A DNA stretch of 24,000 bases. Source: Actinopolymorpha pittospori. Lineage in GTDB: Bacteria > Actinomycetota > Actinomycetes > Propionibacteriales > Actinopolymorphaceae. Under the pieces are notes generated by a model. The model saw nothing but the letters and a program-made list of their open reading frames with translations. It searched no databases and was not told where the DNA came from. This document shows, one piece after another, positions 9,131 through 16,968 of this stretch; the stretch's first letter is position 1; each line of letters opens with the position of its first letter. The stretch is from positions 10,198,717 to 10,222,716 of the forward strand of contig NZ_JADBEM010000001.1 of the NCBI RefSeq assembly GCF_014873875.1. The letters run 5' to 3'. Made by a program: the position numbers and the translations under genes.

Positions 9131-9967
9131 GTGGTGCTGCCGGCAGACAATCACGTCCACAGCGAATGGTCCTGGGACGCGCTGAACGGGTCGATGGAGC
9201 AGACCTGCGCGCGAGCCGTCGAGATCGGTCTTTCCGCGCTCGCGTTCACCGAGCACGTCGATCACACGAAGTGGACGGCGACGGCCGATGACTTCGATGA
9301 GGATCTTCGTCCGCTGATCGGGCCGGACGGGCTGCTGACCCCGCCCGTCATGGACGTGGACGGCTACCTCGAATGCATCCAGCGCTGCCGCGAGAAGTTC
9401 CCGAGCCTGCGGATCATCTCCGGGATGGAGTTGGGCGAACCTCATCGGCACGAGGCCGCCATCTCCAAGCTGCTCCACGCCGGTAGCTTCGACCGGCTAC
9501 TCGGCTCCCTGCACTGCCTGCCAGACGGCGACCGTTTCCTCGAGCCGCCAGATCTGTTTCGGAAGCGACCGGCGGCGGAGGTCGTACGCGACTACCTGAC
9601 CGAACTGCCGCGACTGATCGCGGGCTCCGACGTGTTCGCGGTACTCGCGCACATCGACTACCCGTTTCGCTACTGGCCGGCCGATGCCGGGCCGTTCGAT
9701 CCGACCGCGTTCGAGGACGAGTTCCGCGAGGCACTGCGGGCGCTCGCTCGCAGCGGTCGGGCGCTGGAAGTCAACACCAACCTGCCCCTCGACCCGCGGG
9801 TGGTCCGCTGGTGGCACGAAGAGGGCGGCGAGGCGATCACGTTCGGGAGCGACGCCCACGACCCGACCGGGCTCGCCCGCGGCTTCCGCGAGGCGGCCGC
9901 CATGGTCGAGGCCAACGGGTTCCGGCCCGGCCGGCACCCCTTCGACTTCTGGGCCCGTTCAGGCTGA
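9131..9967 (+). CDS. PHP-domain metal-dependent phosphoesterase (histidinol-phosphatase-like family)
   Basis: The N-terminus is DNHVHSEWSWDA. AFTEHVD, GMELG, LAHIDYP and FGSDAH follow, matching the PHP His/Asp metal-ligand pattern. Confidence 0.8.
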   Translation: MVLPADNHVHSEWSWDALNGSMEQTCARAVEIGLSALAFTEHVDHTKWTATADDFDEDLRPLIGPDGLLTPPVMDVDGYLECIQRCREKFPSLRIISGMELGEPHRHEAAISKLLHAGSFDRLLGSLHCLPDGDRFLEPPDLFRKRPAAEVVRDYLTELPRLIAGSDVFAVLAHIDYPFRYWPADAGPFDPTAFEDEFREALRALARSGRALEVNTNLPLDPRVVRWWHEEGGEAITFGSDAHDPTGLARGFREAAAMVEANGFRPGRHPFDFWARSG

Positions 9968-9969
9968 CG

Positions 9970-9989
9970 GCCCACCGGCCGCGGGCCGG
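9970..9989 (+). repeat. Candidate left-end subterminal hairpin of the IS
   Basis: The sequence is GCCCACCGGCCGCGGGCCGG. It contains a CCGGCC-GCG-GGCCGG stem-loop. Its first 9 nt are identical to the right-end hairpin. Confidence 0.45.
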
Positions 9990-10126
9990 CCATCGGATAG
10001 CTAGCGAGGGGACCGGTGTCTTTAGGTATGGGGGAATCGCTTGTCTGGGTTGCTCTGGGCTTAACTGTTCCCGCAGGTCTGCATTGTTGATCTCGGCTAG
10101 ATGTGGGGCGTGTGTATGGTGATCGG

Positions 10127-10564
10127 ATGGCTGTGCCGCGGAGGGTTCGCCGGTACTCCGGTGGTGTGTATGACTTGGGTTTGCACGTGGTGTGGTGCCC
10201 GAAGTACCGTCGCCAGGTTCTTGGTGGCCGGGTCGCGGTCCGCCTGCGTGAGTTGATCGAGGCGAAGGCGGCCGAGAAGGGCTGGGAGATTATCGCCCTT
10301 GAGGTGATGCCCGACCATGTGCACCTGTTCCTCAAGCACGGGCCGAAGGCTTCCGCCTCCTACGTGGCGAACCAGTTCAAGGGCTTCACTTCCCGCGTGC
10401 TGCGCGAGGAATTCCCGCACTTGAAGTCGCGGATGCCGACCCTGTGGTCGTCGTCGTTGTTGGTTGCCTCGGTCGGCGCCCTCAGCGCGGGCACGGTGGA
10501 GAAGTACATCGACACCCAGTCCGAACGTCCCTGGGCGAAGGAGCAGGAGGAGGGGCAGGGGTGA
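10127..10564 (+). CDS. tnpA: IS200/IS605-family Y1 (HUH) transposase TnpA
   Basis: MAVPRRVRRYSGGVYDLGLHVVWCPKYRRQVL...VMPDHVHLFL (HUH motif)...TLWSSSLLVASVG...VEKYIDTQ (catalytic Tyr helix). An alternative GTG start lies at 10103. Confidence 0.9.
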   Translation: MAVPRRVRRYSGGVYDLGLHVVWCPKYRRQVLGGRVAVRLRELIEAKAAEKGWEIIALEVMPDHVHLFLKHGPKASASYVANQFKGFTSRVLREEFPHLKSRMPTLWSSSLLVASVGALSAGTVEKYIDTQSERPWAKEQEEGQG

Positions 10565-11769
10565 TACGTGCCTACAAGTTCCTCCTCCGTCCCACTCTCG
10601 GGCAGGCGCGGGCTCTCGGTGAGATGCTGGCTGATCACTGCTCCCTGTACAACGGGGCGTTGCAGGAACGCCGCGAGGCCTATCGGCACGTCTCCAAGAC
10701 CAGCCTCCGGTACGGGGATCAGTCCGCCCAGCTCAAGGAGATCCGCGCCTTCGACCCGGAGCGTCAAGGGCGTTGGTCGTTCTCCTCGCAGCAGGCCACG
10801 TTGCGGCGTCTGGACAAGGCGTTCCAAGCCTTCTTCCGGCGGCTGAAGGGCGGGCAGAAGCCCGGTTTTCCCAGGTTCCGAGGCGTGAACTGGTTCGACA
10901 CGGTGGAGTTCCCCAAGGACGGGGATGGCTGCCGGTGGGACTCCACCCCCCACGATCGCCTCACTCGTGTCCGCCTGCAAGGCGTCGGGCACGTCCGCGT
11001 CCACCAGCACCGCCTCGTGAAGGGTCGCGTCAAGACGGTCAGCGTTAAGCGGGAGGGGCGGCAGTGGTACGTCGTTCTCGCCTGCGACAACGTGCCCGCC
11101 GAACCGCTGCCCGCCACGGGCGCGGTGACCGGTATCGACATGGGCGTCACGCACTTCCTGACCACCTGCCAGGGTGCCCACGTCGAAAACCCTCGACATG
11201 GCAAGCGCAACGCTGACGCCTTGAAGCAGGCGCAGCGGGCGCTCAAGGCGTTCCCCCGAACCAAGCGGGAGAACCGCACCGCCAAGCACCGGCAGACGGT
11301 GGAGAAGGTTGCCAAGCTGCTGCGCAAGGTGGCGCGTCAGCGCCTGGACCATGCACACAAGACCGCGCTTGGGCTGGTCCGCGACTACGACCAGATCGCA
11401 CACGAGCGGCTGAACATTGCGAACATGGTTCGTGCCCCCAGGCCGAAGCCCGACCCCGAGCAGCCCGGCGCGTTCTTGCCGAACGGTGCTGCCTGCAAGG
11501 CCGGACTCAACCGCAGCATTCTTGACGCGGGTTGGGGGGTGTTCCTGGGCATCCTCGCGCAGAAGGCTGAAAGCGCCGCTCGCGTCCTGATCCCGGTCGA
11601 CCCCCGCAACACCTCCCGCACCTGCCCCGAATGCGGGCACGTGGACGGCGAGAACCGCGACGGCGAAAAGTTCCAGTGCACCGCCTGCGACCACCGCGAC
11701 CACGCGGACCGGGTAGGCGCCTGGAACATCGCGCTCAGGGCCGGGCTGGTCCTTCCCGACGTGGCCTGA
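10561..11769 (+). CDS. tnpB: TnpB (OrfB) RNA-guided endonuclease, 402 aa, apparently intact
   Basis: The translation begins VIRAYKFLLRPTLGQ. The RuvC-I Asp is in TGIDMGV and the RuvC-II Glu is in IAHERLNI. The zinc finger is CPECG...CTAC. The RuvC-III Asp is in HADRVGAWNIA. Confidence 0.9.
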   Translation: MIRAYKFLLRPTLGQARALGEMLADHCSLYNGALQERREAYRHVSKTSLRYGDQSAQLKEIRAFDPERQGRWSFSSQQATLRRLDKAFQAFFRRLKGGQKPGFPRFRGVNWFDTVEFPKDGDGCRWDSTPHDRLTRVRLQGVGHVRVHQHRLVKGRVKTVSVKREGRQWYVVLACDNVPAEPLPATGAVTGIDMGVTHFLTTCQGAHVENPRHGKRNADALKQAQRALKAFPRTKRENRTAKHRQTVEKVAKLLRKVARQRLDHAHKTALGLVRDYDQIAHERLNIANMVRAPRPKPDPEQPGAFLPNGAACKAGLNRSILDAGWGVFLGILAQKAESAARVLIPVDPRNTSRTCPECGHVDGENRDGEKFQCTACDHRDHADRVGAWNIALRAGLVLPDVA

Positions 11770-11840
11770 GCCACCGACAGGAGAAGCCCACCGGATAAAT
11801 CCGGGGGAGGAGTCACAATCCGGTGTCCCGGGAACCCGGG
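11600..11840 (+). ncRNA. Predicted omega (right-end) RNA of TnpB. The scaffold would overlap the tnpB 3' end and the right end, with the guide taken from the flank. The extent is approximate.
   Basis: This call rests on position only. By family precedent the omega RNA spans the last about 150-250 nt up to the right-end boundary. A bulged hairpin CCC(A)CCGG-ATAAAT-CCGGGGG lies at 11787-11807, 18 nt after the tnpB stop. Confidence 0.35.
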
Positions 11841-11860
11841 TCTGAACTACCGTCCAGCGG

Positions 11861-12424
11861 ATGAGTCCGGAACCCGCGTCCACTCCCCTGTATCTCGTCA
11901 CCGGCGCAGCCGGAGCCGGAAAGACCACGCTGCTCCCCGAACTCGTCCGGCTCGGGCAGGGCATCGTGGTGATGGACCAGGACGAGCTTCTGGAGGATCG
12001 CGCACTCCTCGGCGTACCCATCGCCGTCCCCGAAGCGGCACCGATCTGGCCGGCGTACAACCGGATGTGGGGCCGCATCATCCACATCGTCCGGCGAGCG
12101 GGGCATCCGGTGATCCTGCTGTGTCCCACCCCTTCACCCGAGGACGTCATCGCCGGTGCCGACCCGGACGGGTCCGTCCACTGGGTGCTCCTTGACTGCG
12201 CCGACGACCTTCGAGAGTCCCGCCTCCATGCCCGCGGCTGGTCCAGCGAGTGGATCGAGGACGCCCTGACCGACGCGGCGCAGGCTCGCGAACTCGTCCC
12301 CACCGTGATCACCACGGACGACGAGGACACCGAGAAGATCGCCCGGCGAGTCCTCGCCTGGGTGGAAGCGGAAACACGCTCCCTCCCTAATCTTCCCTAT
12401 CGATCCCTATTGCGCTCTCTCTGA
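11861..12424 (+). CDS. P-loop NTPase / AAA-type small kinase-like protein
   Basis: LYLVTGAAGAGKTTLLPEL is a Walker A motif and VVMDQDELL is Walker-B-like. The last about 14 codons (SLPNLPYRSLLRSL) run through a low-GC repeat tract, so the true C-terminus is uncertain. Confidence 0.7.
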   Translation: MSPEPASTPLYLVTGAAGAGKTTLLPELVRLGQGIVVMDQDELLEDRALLGVPIAVPEAAPIWPAYNRMWGRIIHIVRRAGHPVILLCPTPSPEDVIAGADPDGSVHWVLLDCADDLRESRLHARGWSSEWIEDALTDAAQARELVPTVITTDDEDTEKIARRVLAWVEAETRSLPNLPYRSLLRSL

Positions 12425-12428
12425 GGGA
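12380..12428. promoter_or_regulatory. Helically phased TCCCTA direct repeats plus one inverted copy; candidate operator upstream of the HTH gene
   Basis: TCCCTA occurs at 12384, 12394 and 12404, exactly 10 bp apart. An extra TCCCT lies at 12380 and an inverted TGAGGGA at 12422-12428. A TACGGT -10-like hexamer at 12433-12438 ends 6 nt before the GTG at 12445. Confidence 0.35.
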
Positions 12429-12444
12429 CGGTTACGGTATTTTC

Positions 12445-12876
12445 GTGAACGACCGCTTCTACTCCGTCGAACAAGTCGCCGAACGCCTGGGCCTGCACGT
12501 GCGCACCATCCGCACCTACGTGCGCGACGGCCGGCTCAAGGCCGTCCGGATCGGCAAGCAGTACCGGATCGCGCACGAGGACCTGGAGGCATTCACCGGC
12601 CGCCCGGTTCCGGAGTCCCCCCGCGAGACGGTCGGGCGCCACCGGCGTACCGACGTGTCGAGCATCGTGGAGGTCGACGCGATCAGCCCCGAGACGGCCC
12701 ACCGCCTGACCACCGCCCTGACGGCCTCGGTCGCCCACCGCGGCCAGGGCGACGAGCCACTGCGGATCGAGACGGCGTACGACGAGGGGCGGGCGCGGAT
12801 GAAGATCATCATCCTGGGTAGCCCCGGCGACACCGCCCGGCTGCTCGACTACATCGAGGCGGTGCTCGCGTCATGA
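12445..12876 (+). CDS. Helix-turn-helix (excisionase/MerR-superfamily HTH_17-type) DNA-binding protein with an uncharacterised C-terminal domain
   Basis: FYSVEQVAERLGLHVRTIRTYVRDGRLKAVRIGKQYRIAHEDLEAF is the classic excisionase-type HTH. The stop overlaps the next ATG (ATGA). Confidence 0.8.
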   Translation: MNDRFYSVEQVAERLGLHVRTIRTYVRDGRLKAVRIGKQYRIAHEDLEAFTGRPVPESPRETVGRHRRTDVSSIVEVDAISPETAHRLTTALTASVAHRGQGDEPLRIETAYDEGRARMKIIILGSPGDTARLLDYIEAVLAS

Positions 12877-13712
12877 ACACGATCTACAAGTCCGAGGCCG
12901 GCGCGAGCGAGATCCAGCGCCGCTACCGGGACATGCTGGCGACCTGGCCGGTCCATGCCGAGCACGTCCGGGTGCCCACCCGCGCGGGTGAGACCTTCGT
13001 CGTCGTCTCCGGGCCGCCGGACGCCCCGCCCCTGCTGCTCCTGCACGGATCGGGCGCGAACGCCATCATGTGGGGGGCCGACATCGCCGCCTGGGCCGGG
13101 ACTTTCCGCACCTACGCCGTCGACCTGATCGGTGAGCCGGGCCTGAGTGCTCCGTCCCGGCCGCCGTTGGCCTCCGACGCCTACGCGTTGTGGCTGGACG
13201 ACGTGCTGGAGGGACTCGGCATCACGACGACCTCGATCGTCGGGGCCTCCCTCGGCGGCTGGATGGCACTCGACTACGCCACCCGGCGACCGGAGCGGGT
13301 GACGAAGCTGGCCCTTCTGTGCCCGGCCGGCATCGGCAGGCAGAAGATCGGATGGCTCTTCAAGGCGCTGCTTCTGCGCCCGTTCGGACGCTGGGGAATA
13401 CGCCGGTCGGCCCGATCCGTCACCGGCTCGACGACACCCGAGAGCGGAGCTGTCCTCGACTACCTGGTCCTGACGTTCACGCAGTTCAAGCCGCGCATGG
13501 ATCGCCTGCCCGCGTTCCCGGACGAGGCGTTGCGCCACCTGACCATGCCGATCCTGGTGATCGTCGGTGGCCGCGATGTCATGCTCGACTCCGAGGGAAC
13601 GGCCCGGCGGGTGCGTCAGTGCCTCCCACACGCGACCGTGAACCTCCTGCCCGAGGTGGGACACGCGATCCTCGGCCAGACCGATTCCGTCCTGGCGTTC
13701 CTCCGCGGCTGA
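12873..13712 (+). CDS. Alpha/beta-fold hydrolase
   Basis: LLLLHGSGAN is the oxyanion region and VGASLGG is the nucleophile elbow (GxSxG). ILVIVGGRDVM and EVGHAI provide the acid and His of the triad. Confidence 0.85.
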   Translation: MNTIYKSEAGASEIQRRYRDMLATWPVHAEHVRVPTRAGETFVVVSGPPDAPPLLLLHGSGANAIMWGADIAAWAGTFRTYAVDLIGEPGLSAPSRPPLASDAYALWLDDVLEGLGITTTSIVGASLGGWMALDYATRRPERVTKLALLCPAGIGRQKIGWLFKALLLRPFGRWGIRRSARSVTGSTTPESGAVLDYLVLTFTQFKPRMDRLPAFPDEALRHLTMPILVIVGGRDVMLDSEGTARRVRQCLPHATVNLLPEVGHAILGQTDSVLAFLRG

Positions 13713-13718
13713 CCACCG

Positions 13719-14276
13719 ATGGAGCGCGCAACCCCGCCTTGCCACCCACTGGGCCGGCCCATGACCTTCGACATCGACGCGTGTCAGTACCGAGTTGACA
13801 CCGAACCCGACCACCGTGCGATCGGTGCGGTCGTGGATGCCGAGATCAAGAGGTACTTCATGGGCCGGACCGTGGTGGTGCGCGGCATCGGTTCCCAGGA
13901 CCATCCCGGCAGGACCGTCGACGAACTCGTCGAGATCATCAGGTGGTCCGGCACCGACCGTTACGACCCGACCCGCAAGGGGCTCGGGTATGAGAACCTC
14001 GAGAACAAGCACATCGACCTGTTCGCCATCCGGCGCAAGGTCACACCGCGGATGCGGCTGTTCAAGGACCTGAGCTGGGGCTTCTACCACGGGTCGATCG
14101 CCGTTCACGGCAAGCCGACCCGCCTCGACATCCTCACGATCTACGACGCCGCGAAACTCAGGCAGGTACTCCACCAGTACGAAGGTCGGACTGACCGGAA
14201 GCGGGACGGGTTCGTGTTCAGGCACCCCGAGCGTCGGCAGGAGGCAGTGCTCGGCATAGCCAAGCTGTCCCGGTGA
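13719..14276 (+). CDS. Hypothetical protein with no family recognised
   Basis: The ORF is GC3-rich throughout and co-directional and tightly packed with its neighbours. Neither the 13719 nor the 13761 ATG has a clear Shine-Dalgarno motif. Confidence 0.55.
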   Translation: MERATPPCHPLGRPMTFDIDACQYRVDTEPDHRAIGAVVDAEIKRYFMGRTVVVRGIGSQDHPGRTVDELVEIIRWSGTDRYDPTRKGLGYENLENKHIDLFAIRRKVTPRMRLFKDLSWGFYHGSIAVHGKPTRLDILTIYDAAKLRQVLHQYEGRTDRKRDGFVFRHPERRQEAVLGIAKLSR

Positions 14277-14365
14277 CGGCGTGCCTACCGGCGACGACGC
14301 GTCGATCTGGCGAACATGCTCCTCGGAGTGAAGACTCGTGTCCCTTTCTCCGAAGGAGCAGGACT

Positions 14366-15304
14366 GTGATCGAGAGCGTGCCCCGGCCCGACGTCCGCCG
14401 TGACGACCTCGCCGAATGGTGCGCCGTCAACCTCGGCGCCGAAGCGGTCGAGGAGATGTTCGCCACCGGACACCTGTCCCAGGTCGTGGGGCTGCGCCTC
14501 GGCGACGGGCGGCAGGTGGTCGTCAAGGTGCGCCCTCCAGCCCCTCGCCTGGCCGGCTGCGTCGAGGTGCAGCACGTCCTGGGGACACGAGGGTTCCCGT
14601 GCCCGCGACTCCTTGCCGGACCCACTCCCCTCGGCGCCCACACCGCCACCGCGGAGGCCCTCCTTCCGGGCGGCGCGATCCTCGCCGCGTCACCGGCGAC
14701 CACTCGGCTGTCCGCGCGGGCGCTGCGGCACCTCATCGTCCTCGCACCAGGCGCCGAGACCGTTCCGACGTTGGAACCCACGCCCCCGTGGGCCGGCTGG
14801 GACCACACCGAGGGCGGCGTCTGGCCGATACCCGACGACCGGGCCGCCGACCTCAACGCCCATCCAGGACCGGCCTGGCTCGACACCGTTGGCGAGCGCG
14901 TACGAACCCGCCTCACTTCGAGTCCGCTCCCCCACGTCGTGGCCCATGTGGACTGGGAGATGCAGAACCTCCGATGGCGCGGAGAGCACCTGCACGCCGC
15001 CCACGACTGGGACAGCGTGGCGGTACGGCCCGAAGCGGGCATCGTGGGCCTGGCCGCAGCCGTTCACACCGTGACCGGCGAACCGTCGAGAGAAGCGAGC
15101 GACGACCAGGTCGAGGACTTCCTGCTGGCCTACAAAGACGCACGCCGACGGGCGTTCACGCGAGAGGAACGGGAGGTCGCCTGGGCGGCAGGGTTGTGGG
15201 TCCGGGCGTTCAACGCGAAGAAGGACTCACTCGACGGCGACGGGCCAACCCTGGCTCGACTCGCGGCGGAGGCACCAAGGCGGCTGGAGCGCGCTTCCGC
15301 CTAG
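14366..15304 (+). CDS. APH-fold phosphotransferase (PF01636-like), paralogue 1
   Basis: A GTG follows an AAGGAG motif. The catalytic loop is HVDWEMQNL (HxDxxxxN) and the metal-binding motif is HDWDS. Confidence 0.72.
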   Translation: MIESVPRPDVRRDDLAEWCAVNLGAEAVEEMFATGHLSQVVGLRLGDGRQVVVKVRPPAPRLAGCVEVQHVLGTRGFPCPRLLAGPTPLGAHTATAEALLPGGAILAASPATTRLSARALRHLIVLAPGAETVPTLEPTPPWAGWDHTEGGVWPIPDDRAADLNAHPGPAWLDTVGERVRTRLTSSPLPHVVAHVDWEMQNLRWRGEHLHAAHDWDSVAVRPEAGIVGLAAAVHTVTGEPSREASDDQVEDFLLAYKDARRRAFTREEREVAWAAGLWVRAFNAKKDSLDGDGPTLARLAAEAPRRLERASA

Positions 15305-15398
15305 CGGCGTAGGGTGCCGCCGACCAGAACCGGATCTTTCGGCTGCAGCTGCCGGTCGAGGCGGATGATGTCCTCGAAGTCGCCGAAGGAGGGTGCTC

Positions 15399-16373
15399 AT
15401 GCGTAAGCCCGACGTGGACCTCCGAGCGCTGGACAGACTGCTGGCGGTGGTCTTCGGCTCGAGCGTCGAGTACACCTGCCGCCGGACGGCGACGGGATCC
15501 TCCACCCAGGTCTATCGGGTGGACCGGGGTACGGGAACGTTCTACGTCCGCATCGCTGAGAGCGCGGGGGACAGCTTCGCCCCGGAGGTCGCACTGCACC
15601 GGGCCCTTCGTACCGCCGGCGCGAACGTACCCGCGGTCGTCCACTACGAGCCCTTCTGCGCATCGCTTGCCCGATCAGTCATGGTGACCACCGAGATCGC
15701 CGGCGGCCCCATGAACAGGTCGACACCGGGGGCCGCGGCAGCGAAGATCGGCCGGGGTGCGGGTCGTGACCTGGCCAGGATCCATGGCGTCGCTGTCCAG
15801 GGCTTCGGTTGGATCATGCGCGAGCACGCCACACCCGGCTGGCCCCTGCGCGCCGAACACGCCACCTACGCCTCGTACGTCGACCCGGCGAGTGTCGGCG
15901 ATCCCCTTCTGGGGATCGGCTTCGACCTCGCCCAGGCCCAGCGTGTCGAGTCGTTGTTGGAGGAAGCCATCGCCGTGGGTCCCGCGGCCGGTGTTGGTCG
16001 GGTCGCGCACGGCGACTTCGACACCAGCCACATCTTCCAGTCGCGCGCCCTCTACACGGGGCTGATCGACTTCGGCGAGATCAGAGGAACCGACTACACC
16101 TTCGACTTCGCGACCCTGATCCTGAGTTCCGACGAGCACCATCCGGCGTCCCAGATTCGCCGTCACGTCGAAGCCGGCTACTCAGAGATCCGAGCTCTAC
16201 CTGAGGACCACGAACGTCGGCTCTACCTTGCCTGCATACTCAGCGCCACGCATCGGCTGTGTGGCTGGTTTCGCCGCGACGGACCTGATGCCGCCCGTGG
16301 ACCGTTCTTCCGGTGGATCCGAGACCGCCTGGCGGACCTTCTCGACAGCGAGCGCCTCGCCGTCCGGGACTGA
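15399..16373 (+). CDS. APH-fold phosphotransferase, paralogue 2
   Basis: An ATG follows an AAGGAGGG motif. FYVRIAES supplies the Lys/Arg region, HGDFDTSHI is the catalytic loop and LIDFGE is the DFG-like motif. Confidence 0.8.
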   Translation: MRKPDVDLRALDRLLAVVFGSSVEYTCRRTATGSSTQVYRVDRGTGTFYVRIAESAGDSFAPEVALHRALRTAGANVPAVVHYEPFCASLARSVMVTTEIAGGPMNRSTPGAAAAKIGRGAGRDLARIHGVAVQGFGWIMREHATPGWPLRAEHATYASYVDPASVGDPLLGIGFDLAQAQRVESLLEEAIAVGPAAGVGRVAHGDFDTSHIFQSRALYTGLIDFGEIRGTDYTFDFATLILSSDEHHPASQIRRHVEAGYSEIRALPEDHERRLYLACILSATHRLCGWFRRDGPDAARGPFFRWIRDRLADLLDSERLAVRD

Positions 16374-16491
16374 CCCGCTCGGTCGCGGCATCCCGCGGGG
16401 CTGGACGTACGCGCGGGTCGATGTAACGATTGCCCGCCTCGCGAACGATGCTGGAACGACGAAGCTGACCAGCTCACGGAGGAGGACTCTG

Positions 16492-16914
16492 ATGCCCGCA
16501 GACCCAGGCACGTCGGTGGCGGTGGCCGCCTTGCGCGAGCAGCGTCTCGCGCCCAACGGTTCGAAGCTCGTCCTGGTCGAGTGGACCATCCCAGGCGCCT
16601 CGTCCGACTCCCCGGAGTGGGTGGCACCGGTGCACATCCATCACGATGACGATGAGGCGTGGTACGTCCTCGAAGGATCCCTCCGCGTCCGCATCGGCCA
16701 GGACGAGCACGACGTAGCCGCCGGTGGCGCGGTGATCGGGCCACGCGGCATACCGCACACCTTCTGCAACCCGGATCCCGCGCCGGCCCGATACATCCTC
16801 GTCATGTCCGACCGAACCAGCGCGCTGCTCGACGACCTGCACAGCGGCAAGCGCCTGGAACCAGCGGAGCTTCGCGATCTCTACGCCACCTACGGATGCG
16901 AGCTGCTTGGCTGA
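16492..16914 (+). CDS. Cupin-domain protein
   Basis: An ATG follows a GGAGGAGG motif. APVHIHHDDDEAWYVLEGSL...GPRGIPHTF matches the two cupin motifs (HxH...E...H). Confidence 0.8.
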   Translation: MPADPGTSVAVAALREQRLAPNGSKLVLVEWTIPGASSDSPEWVAPVHIHHDDDEAWYVLEGSLRVRIGQDEHDVAAGGAVIGPRGIPHTFCNPDPAPARYILVMSDRTSALLDDLHSGKRLEPAELRDLYATYGCELLG

Positions 16915-16968
16915 CCAGTGCGCCAGGCACCACTCGTCCCCGGCGGCGACCAGCCCACTGGAGGGATC

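Larger units (their letters stand above)
9968..11819 (+). mobile_element. IS200/IS605-family insertion sequence carrying tnpA and tnpB. Boundaries are uncertain by tens of nt on both sides.
   Basis: tnpA and tnpB overlap (GTGA at 10561-10564). A low-GC leader lies at 10020-10100. The 9-mer GCCCACCGG followed 6-7 nt later by CCGG (hairpin-forming) occurs at both ends (9970-9989 and 11786-11807). I saw no terminal inverted repeats, as expected for this family. Confidence 0.8.

Noticed and set aside
9975-9989. The hairpin CCGGCC-GCG-GGCCGG as a simple terminator of the PHP gene
   Set aside because: Its 5' flank plus stem (GCCCACCGG) is repeated at the other end of the IS (11786-11794). It is therefore more likely an IS subterminal hairpin. 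A dual role is not excluded.
10360-12330. A 656-aa minus-strand ORF spanning tnpA, tnpB and the P-loop gene
   Set aside because: It is antisense to three well-supported plus-strand genes. Its translation is low-complexity and Arg/Pro/Gly/Ala-rich with no motif. This is a typical GC-driven shadow ORF.
12849-14225. A 458-aa minus-strand ORF
   Set aside because: It lies antisense to the alpha/beta hydrolase (GxSxG and triad present) and the adjacent hypothetical gene. It has no motifs.
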